Assembly: GCA_963728125.1 (NCBI GenBank)
Contig: CAVSIZ010000017.1
Location: forward strand, 15,923 to 79,922
Direction: 5' to 3'
Length of the DNA: 64,000 nt
From: an uncultured Actinomycetota bacterium
GTDB taxonomy: Bacteria > Actinomycetota > Actinomycetes > CAWDCV01
In this document: piece after piece, positions 58,205 through 64,000 of the stretch
How the letters are laid out: each line of letters opens with the position of its first letter
Position numbering within the stretch: position 1 is the stretch's first letter
Notes under the pieces: model-generated
What the model saw: the letters and a program-made list of their open reading frames with translations, nothing else
The model's database searches: none
What the model was told of the DNA's origin: nothing
Position numbers and translations under genes: made by a program

Positions 58205-59348
58205 CTAACGCTGTAGGACAGTCGCTCGATCCCGTTCATGTCGCTTCTCCCCCGTGTCCGTGGCCTGCGATGGATCCGAAGGTAAGCGTGATCCCAAGAT
58301 CCCCGAGGGCGAAGTGGCGAAGGCGGCCACATCCCGACTGATCGGCGTTAGCTGGCTCATCCGAACGGCTGAGGTGGCATGGCGGCGATGCGCGGGGTAA
58401 GAACAGCGGTGTGGAGCTGGGCGACGACGGCACGCGTGGTGCTTTCCCAACCTGGCAACCTCGATCGGCCGCTGCCGGTCGTACATCGTCGCTCGGCCGC
58501 CCGCCATCTGCGCCTCCTCAGCACCGGTCCCCTGCGCCACGATCGACGGGATACCGCGCGCCAGCGCTTCGACCACGACCATCCCGTATGCCTCCGCGCG
58601 GGACGTCAGGACGAGTAAGTCGGCGGCATCCCACTCGGCCTCGAGCGCGTTCCCCGTCCGCGGGCCGACCACGAGACGCAATCGGCGAGGCCCAGCCGTG
58701 TTGCCTCAACCGGACGCTGTCGGCGTATGCGGCCTCGATCTCGACGGCGCCGACGATGCGCGCCGTCCAGGGCTGATCGGCAACGTCGGCCAGGGCGCGG
58801 ACGAGGCTCAGCTGATCCTTGCGCGCGCACACTGTCCCCAGGGCGAGGCCGCGCGGCGGCTCACCCGGTCTCGTGCCGGCAGCAATCGGCGCCGGATCAC
58901 TGCCGGGGCGCGCGACCGACGCGTCACTACGCCGTGCAGGGCGCCACCCGATCCGCCGACCAGCGGCTCGTGCAGATCACGCCGCTCGCGGCACGCAGGA
59001 TCGTGCGCTCAGCTTCCTCGTACGCCCGCAGCTCGGCCGTCGAGCTCCAGACGTCATCGGACATGAAGGAGTGCACAAGGACGACAACCGGACGACCGGC
59101 GCCGACCGCGGCTGTCACTACCTCGGGCGCGCCGCATGCCACGATCGCGTCGATCGCCACTGCGGCTCGCGCGTCAGCAGGTCAGCCAACTCGTCGCGCT
59201 CGACCGCGGAGACGCGCGGCCAGGTCCCGTCCACGCGGTGTTCGTGCAGGTCGACGCCGCGTGCGAGCAGCTCGGCGATCAGCCGCCGGTCGTACACGTT
59301 CCCGCCGGTCGGGGCGTCGCTCATCCAGGTGGCGAAGCCCCATCTCAT
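58205..59348 (-). pseudogene. GT4 glycosyltransferase (MshA/PimB-like N-terminus), fragmented into four reading frames
   Basis: Successive pieces in different frames. N-terminal GGNVYDRRLIAELLARGVDLHEH in ORF 59118-59348. VVVLVHSFM in ORF 58927-59160. KDQLSLVRALADV in ORF 58518-58832. C-terminal TSRAEAYGMVVVEALARGIPSIVA in ORF 58205-58681. Confidence 0.6.
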
Positions 59349-59468
59349 AGCGGACCGAGGCTACTCACCCTGCCGACCCGCGTGCTGCACGTACCGTCGT
59401 GACACACACCTAGCCAACGTTGTGGCGGCGGCCTAGGGGCCAGCCTGAGAGAGAAGATCGGCGCGACA

Positions 59469-60314
59469 ATGCAGGCGTCAGAGGCCCAACGTGCGATAGC
59501 TGCGGCCACGTCGATCGCCCTCTCACGTGGCCTGACAGTCGATGAGGCGATCGTTCTTCATGATTCGAACAAGCTCACCCTGCGCCTGCTGCCCTGTGAC
59601 GTCCTCGCCCGGGTGGCACCCGTGGCGGATCAGGTCGCATCGTTCGAACTCGAGCTTGCTCAACGGCTCGCCGAATCCGGATGTCCGGTAGCTGCTCTTG
59701 ATCCACGAGTGGAGCCACGCGTCTATGAGCGCGATGACTTCGTGGTCACGTTGTGGACTTACTACGAAACGGCGACACCCCGAGGGGTTTCACCAGCCGA
59801 CTACGCGACTGCGCTCGAGCGGCTGCATGCCGGCATGCGCAAGCTCGATGTCCCTGCGCCGCATTTCACCGATCGCGTCGACCAGGCCCAGCACCTCGTG
59901 GCGAGCCGCGACCGCACGCCGGGGCTTGCCGACGCCGACCGGGCCCTGCTCGGCGACACGTTACGAGGCTTGAGACGCAGAATCAGCGAACGCGGCGGTG
60001 ATGAGCAGCTGCTGCACGGCGAGCCGCACCCGGGCAATGTCCTCACCACGAAGACAGGGCTGTTGTTCATCGACCTCGAGACGTGTTGTCGTGGACCCGT
60101 CGAATTCGATCTCGCCCACGCGCCCGAAGAAGTCGGCGAACACTATCCGGGGGTCAATCAAGACGTGCTGCGTGAGTGCCGGATTCTCGTCCTGGCGATG
60201 ATCACTACATGGCGCTGGGATCGAGGCGACCAACTCCCGGGCGGGCGCCAGCTCGGCGCAGAGTGGCTCAGAAACATCCGAGCTGCAACTCAACGCGCGA
60301 GCACGGCAGGATGA
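59469..60314 (+). CDS. phosphotransferase enzyme family protein (aminoglycoside-phosphotransferase-like kinase fold)
   Basis: Motifs LLHGEPHPGNVL and LFIDLE (Brenner and DFG-equivalent). Confidence 0.65.
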   Translation: MQASEAQRAIAAATSIALSRGLTVDEAIVLHDSNKLTLRLLPCDVLARVAPVADQVASFELELAQRLAESGCPVAALDPRVEPRVYERDDFVVTLWTYYETATPRGVSPADYATALERLHAGMRKLDVPAPHFTDRVDQAQHLVASRDRTPGLADADRALLGDTLRGLRRRISERGGDEQLLHGEPHPGNVLTTKTGLLFIDLETCCRGPVEFDLAHAPEEVGEHYPGVNQDVLRECRILVLAMITTWRWDRGDQLPGGRQLGAEWLRNIRAATQRASTAG

Positions 60315-61009
60315 AGAACGGGACGCCCTTCCTCCGAGAGGATCGGAGACGACTTGAATCCCCAGACCAGCGGGTAGACGCCAAGCGAGAGCTCCCAGAT
60401 GATCTCCGGGATCGTCGCGATGCCCTGCACCAGCCCACCCGCGTCGAAGACGCCGAACAGCACGCCGATCCCCGCAAGGCTCTGGAGCGGACCTCCGATC
60501 ATTCCCAGCCAGGTGAGTCCCCGTGGCATCAGGCCGGAGCGGTACATCAGGTAGCCCAGGATCAGCCCATTGCCGATGCCCACGACGAAGCCGGGCCCGA
60601 GCTTGAACGTCCAGTCCTTGATGGCGGCCAGTGACTCGGCCAGCCCGCCGAGTGCGGCGGCTTCCGCGCCGGCATCCTGCCGCAGCGTCACTATGGCAAG
60701 GACCGCGACGATGCCGACAAGGATGAAGACGCATTCCATGATCCGAGCAGCGACATAGCTGAACGTGAGGATCTCGTGCTGCCTCTTGAGAAGCGGGATC
60801 AGCACAATCGCGGTGCCGATGTTCGCGGCGATCAGGGTGAGTTCCAGGAGCACTCCGAGGTAGATGCGATTGTCGGCACCGTCGCCCGCGATGTAACCCT
60901 GGGGATCATCGAGAACAGGCTGAAAAAGCAAGGCCGCAGAAATTGAGGTAGCGAAGGTAATGAGGTACAGCGCCCCAAATGCCAGGGAAATCCGCCTTTG
61001 TGGGCTCAC
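60290..61009 (-). CDS. DUF4386-family integral membrane protein
   Basis: Six TM helices. GTG start preceded by an AAAGGAG RBS. The longer ORF in the track (to 61339) is an Arg/Pro-rich extension and is unlikely to be real. Confidence 0.5.
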   Translation of the reverse strand: MSPQRRISLAFGALYLITFATSISAALLFQPVLDDPQGYIAGDGADNRIYLGVLLELTLIAANIGTAIVLIPLLKRQHEILTFSYVAARIMECVFILVGIVAVLAIVTLRQDAGAEAAALGGLAESLAAIKDWTFKLGPGFVVGIGNGLILGYLMYRSGLMPRGLTWLGMIGGPLQSLAGIGVLFGVFDAGGLVQGIATIPEIIWELSLGVYPLVWGFKSSPILSEEGRPVLHPAVLAR

Positions 61010-61043
61010 ATCGACTCCTTTCGATACGTGACGGCGAGGAGAG

Positions 61044-62426
61044 TTAGTCGGTTGCCCAGGGATCGGGCGGGACGCCGCCCGGGATGGGGGCGTCGGGGTC
61101 GTACGGCTGGCGGGTGAAGATGAACGTGCCGACGTCGAGGTGGCTGACCGAGCCGTTGCTACGGCGCGCGAGCGCCAGCGGTTCGCCCGCCCAGTAGCCG
61201 GAGGTCCCGACCCAGGCACCGTCGCGCCGCACGAAGGAGGACGACCTCGCCGCGCCGGTCGCTGAGCCGAGCTCCAGCCGGTCCGCACCCACGAGGCGGA
61301 CGTGGAACGCCGCCGGACCCCAATGCCACAGCCCGGCAAGGTCGGCCCAGTCGGCGGTTACCCCCATGGCAGGCGCCCACGCCAAGGGCACGGTCGGCTC
61401 ATGCTGCTCGAGGATCGCGAGCAGTTCAGCGCCGCAGAACGGCCGGCCGGCGGTGGCGTTCGCGAGCTCGATCGCTGCGACGCCACGCTCGATGTCGATC
61501 ACCAGCGACGCGAGGAACCCGGGAACCGATCCACCATGGCCCACCAGCTCACGATCATCTAGATGGAACACCTGCAGCCCGAGCCCGTACCCGTCGAACG
61601 GCGCCTCCTGCTCGAGCACCTGCGGCTGACGCATCTCCACAATCGTCTCGGCTGCGAGCACGTCGTCGGTGTCGCCGCCAAGGAACGAGGCCCAGCGCAT
61701 GAGATCACCCACCGTCGACCAGAGCTGGCCGGCCGGTGCCATCGCAACGTGATCGTGAACCGCTTCGGCCATGGTTACGTCGGCGAAAGGATGCACCGCA
61801 AGACCGGGTGCGTACGGCGGCTGCGGTGCGTACGTGGTCCGGGTCATGCCAAGCGGGTCGAGCACGAACGCGCGGAGCGCGTCGTACCAGGGCATACTGC
61901 GCAGCCGAGCGACCAGCTCACCAAGCAGGGCGTAGCCGACGTTGGAGTAGTGGAAGCGGCCCCCGCTGTCTAACCGCCGGCCGGCGTCGAACGTCGAGGC
62001 AAGATCGGCCCATGGGACGCCCGGTTCGCGCTCCCACCACGACCCCGGCGGTTCGGCGGCGAGACCCGCGGCGTGGGCGAGGAGATCCCGCAGGCGCGCA
62101 TCCCCAAACGGCGTTCCCCCGACGTAGTCGCCGAGCCGATCGTTGAGGTCAACCTGGCCGTCATCACGCAGTTGCAGGACCAGCGCGGCTGTGAACGTCT
62201 TGGTGATCGAACCGATCCGGTACTGGGTGTCGGGCGTCGGCTCCGCACCCTCGCGACTCCCGTCGAGCGTGCCGCGCCCGGTGTGCCACACGAGCACGCC
62301 GTTGCGACCAACTCCCACCGACGTGGACGGCGCTCGCCCCTCGACTTGTGCCCTGGCCGCGCGGGCCAATAGAGCGCGCGCGGTATCAGGACGAACTCGG
62401 GCTGCAGAAGCTGGCACGTCGCCCAT
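61044..62426 (-). CDS. beta-lactamase-related serine hydrolase (class C beta-lactamase / esterase family)
   Basis: SxxK motif GSITKTFTA. YSN motif HYSNVGY. HGG-type motif GHGGSVPG. Confidence 0.8.
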   Translation of the reverse strand: MGDVPASAARVRPDTARALLARAARAQVEGRAPSTSVGVGRNGVLVWHTGRGTLDGSREGAEPTPDTQYRIGSITKTFTAALVLQLRDDGQVDLNDRLGDYVGGTPFGDARLRDLLAHAAGLAAEPPGSWWEREPGVPWADLASTFDAGRRLDSGGRFHYSNVGYALLGELVARLRSMPWYDALRAFVLDPLGMTRTTYAPQPPYAPGLAVHPFADVTMAEAVHDHVAMAPAGQLWSTVGDLMRWASFLGGDTDDVLAAETIVEMRQPQVLEQEAPFDGYGLGLQVFHLDDRELVGHGGSVPGFLASLVIDIERGVAAIELANATAGRPFCGAELLAILEQHEPTVPLAWAPAMGVTADWADLAGLWHWGPAAFHVRLVGADRLELGSATGAARSSSFVRRDGAWVGTSGYWAGEPLALARRSNGSVSHLDVGTFIFTRQPYDPDAPIPGGVPPDPWATD

Positions 62427-62516
62427 GGCGGCGAGCCTCCCATGATCGACGACAGATCCCGGTGGCCGGTGGCGACGTGTGGAACGTCGACGGGGACGTG
62501 GTTAGCTCGCTGCATG

Positions 62517-63188
62517 CGCAGTGAGCTGTTCGCCCAGACCGAGGCCGACGTTCAGCCTGGCGCGTTCGCGCTGCAGAACGCACGGATGCTCAAGGTCCAC
62601 CTGGCCGGCACCGGCGGCTCCTTCCTTGCGAAGCAGGGGTCCATGGTCGCCTACCAGGGCGACGTCGACTTCGCCTACGAGGGCAGTGGCGGCATGGCGA
62701 AGATGTTCAAGAAGGCCCTCACCGGTGAAGGCATGTCTCTCATGCGTGTGAGTGGGTCCGGTGACGTCTTCCTCGCACAGAGGGCCGACGAGATTCACCT
62801 GCTCTCGCTCGAGGACGAGTCGATCACCGTCAACGGACCCAATGTGCTGGCCTTCGAGGCCTCGCTTGCCTGGGACATCCGGCGCGTCGAGGGTGCGACG
62901 ATGATGAGCGGTGGCGTGTTCAACACGACCTTCACCGGTCGCGGCGTCATTGCCATCACGGTGCATGGCACCCCCGTTGTGCTGAACGTCGACCAGCCGA
63001 CATTCGTCGACATTCAGAGTGCGGTTCTTTGGTCGACGACTTTGCAGTCGGGTCTACGCCGTACGGCCAAGGCGGGAGCGCTGATCGGTCGCGGCTCAGG
63101 CGAGGCCTATCAGCTCGCCCTCACCGGGCAGGGGTTCGTCATCGTCCAGGCATCGGAGGGCCACGTCGTCGAAGCGCATTCGCATTGA
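62517..63188 (+). CDS. AIM24 family protein (DUF124)
   Basis: Double-psi-like beta-sandwich consensus: VHLAGTGGSFLAKQGSMVAYQGDVDF ... VFNTTFTGRGVIAI. Confidence 0.6.
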   Translation, partial: RSELFAQTEADVQPGAFALQNARMLKVHLAGTGGSFLAKQGSMVAYQGDVDFAYEGSGGMAKMFKKALTGEGMSLMRVSGSGDVFLAQRADEIHLLSLEDESITVNGPNVLAFEASLAWDIRRVEGATMMSGGVFNTTFTGRGVIAITVHGTPVVLNVDQPTFVDIQSAVLWSTTLQSGLRRTAKAGALIGRGSGEAYQLALTGQGFVIVQASEGHVVEAHSH

Positions 63189-63222
63189 GCACACCAGCAT
63201 GGAAGGTGGATTGAGGATCCGC

Positions 63223-63798
63223 ATGGCCGAGGTACTGCTGTTCCATCATTCGCAAGGTCAGACACCAGGCTTCCTGGCCTTCGCTGACGAGCTTCGACAA
63301 GCGGGCCATACCGTGCATACGCCGGACCTGTTCGACGGGAAGACGTTCGGCAGCATCGATGACGGGATGGCTCACATTCGCGATGCCGGCTTCGACGCCC
63401 TGATCGAGCGAGGCGCCCAGGCCGCGGACACATTGCCGGCCGACCTCGTCTACGCCGGCTTCTCGTTCGGCGTCATGACGGCACAGAAGCTGGCGCAGAC
63501 GCGGCCGGGCGCCCGCGGAGCTCTGCTCTTCGAGTCGGCCGCCCCGCCCGACTACTACGCAGCGTCCTGGCCAGCGGATGTGCCAGTGCAGATTCACGGC
63601 AAGGACGCAGATCCGTTCTTCGTGGGCGAGGGCGACATCGAATACGCTCGCGCGATCGTCGCCTCCGCAGAGCATGGCGAGTTGTTCCTCTATCCCGGCG
63701 ATCAGCACTTGTTCGCCGATTCGAGCCTGTCCTCGTACGACGCGGATGCAACCGCCCAGCTGACTCGTCGCGTTCTCGAGTTCCTCGCCGCCCGCTAG
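63223..63798 (+). CDS. dienelactone hydrolase family protein
   Basis: Motifs MAEVLLFHHSQGQTPGFLAFADEL and AGFSFGV. C-terminal H in DQHLF. Confidence 0.7.
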   Translation: MAEVLLFHHSQGQTPGFLAFADELRQAGHTVHTPDLFDGKTFGSIDDGMAHIRDAGFDALIERGAQAADTLPADLVYAGFSFGVMTAQKLAQTRPGARGALLFESAAPPDYYAASWPADVPVQIHGKDADPFFVGEGDIEYARAIVASAEHGELFLYPGDQHLFADSSLSSYDADATAQLTRRVLEFLAAR

Positions 63799-63832
63799 TC
63801 GATGCCGCAGGCTGGCAGCCGCACGTCGAACT

Positions 63833-64000
63833 CAGCTCCGGCGGGCGCGATACGCGGCCACGGCGACACGGTTGCCGCATGTCGTGCTGCAGAAGCGTCG
63901 GGAACGGTTGCGGGACAGGTCGACGACGATCCCGTTACAGGTCGGCTCGGCGCACACCGATAGCCGGCTGAGCTCATCGGCGCGGATGACGTCGATCATC
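63833..64000 (-). CDS. partial CDS, C-terminal CGNR zinc-finger domain (ABATE family putative regulator); 5' end lies outside the window
   Basis: The reverse strand reads ...CAEPTCNGIVVDLSRNRSRRFCSTTCGNRVAVAAYRARRS, stop at 63833-63835, matching the zf-CGNR consensus. Confidence 0.55.

Noticed and set aside
1-64000. CRISPR arrays, rRNA genes, IS elements or transposases
   Set aside because: No regularly spaced direct repeats, no rRNA-like conserved stretches and no DDE / HTH-transposase or integrase signatures were seen in any frame.

Overview
This window is a high-GC (about 70%) Actinomycetota chromosomal segment with two distinct halves.

Right half (about 34.5-64 kb): conserved housekeeping genes, mostly on the minus strand. 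In order they are pth, rplY, prs, glmU, tRNA-Gln(UUG), an acyl-CoA desaturase with a TetR regulator, a trans-aconitate methyltransferase-like gene, a MarR regulator, ispE, rsmA/ksgA, rpfB, tatD, metG, an M15 peptidase, rsmI and pmt. Further genes are hydrolases, a universal stress protein, a beta-lactamase-related serine hydrolase, and AIM24, DUF4386 and dienelactone hydrolase family proteins. This matches the Mycobacterium Rv1002c-Rv1018c neighbourhood as I recall it, but with the two blocks in a different relative orientation.

Left half (about 0.2-30.4 kb): an accessory cluster that looks like a cell-surface glycan assembly locus with unusual additions. Most of its genes are translationally coupled through overlapping stop and start codons. 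It contains:
- two polyprenyl-phosphate sugar phosphotransferases, several GT4 glycosyltransferases, a Wzy/O-antigen-ligase-like membrane protein, a fused ABC exporter and a Wzc-like co-polymerase with a degenerate P-loop;
- a GDP-mannose 3,5-epimerase-like epimerase;
- two tandem sulfotransferases plus cysD-cysN (sulfate activation) and cysQ (PAP phosphatase);
- an embedded aromatic module: a DAHP synthase, a catalytically dead DAHP-synthase-like paralog with extra domains, a fused PabAB aminodeoxychorismate synthase, a PabC-like lyase, an aryl-CoA ligase, an acyl carrier protein and three paralogous alpha/beta-hydrolase-fold proteins with a GxCxG (Cys) nucleophile elbow.

I read this as a candidate, previously undescribed pathway for a sulfated glycoconjugate that may also carry an aryl (p-aminobenzoyl-type) acyl group.

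Several genes are broken by frameshifts: two GT4 genes, the aryl-CoA ligase and an APC permease. These are either true pseudogenes or indel errors in the assembly.

No CRISPR arrays, rRNA genes or recognisable transposases were seen. Many long antisense ORFs in the six-frame track are high-GC artefacts.
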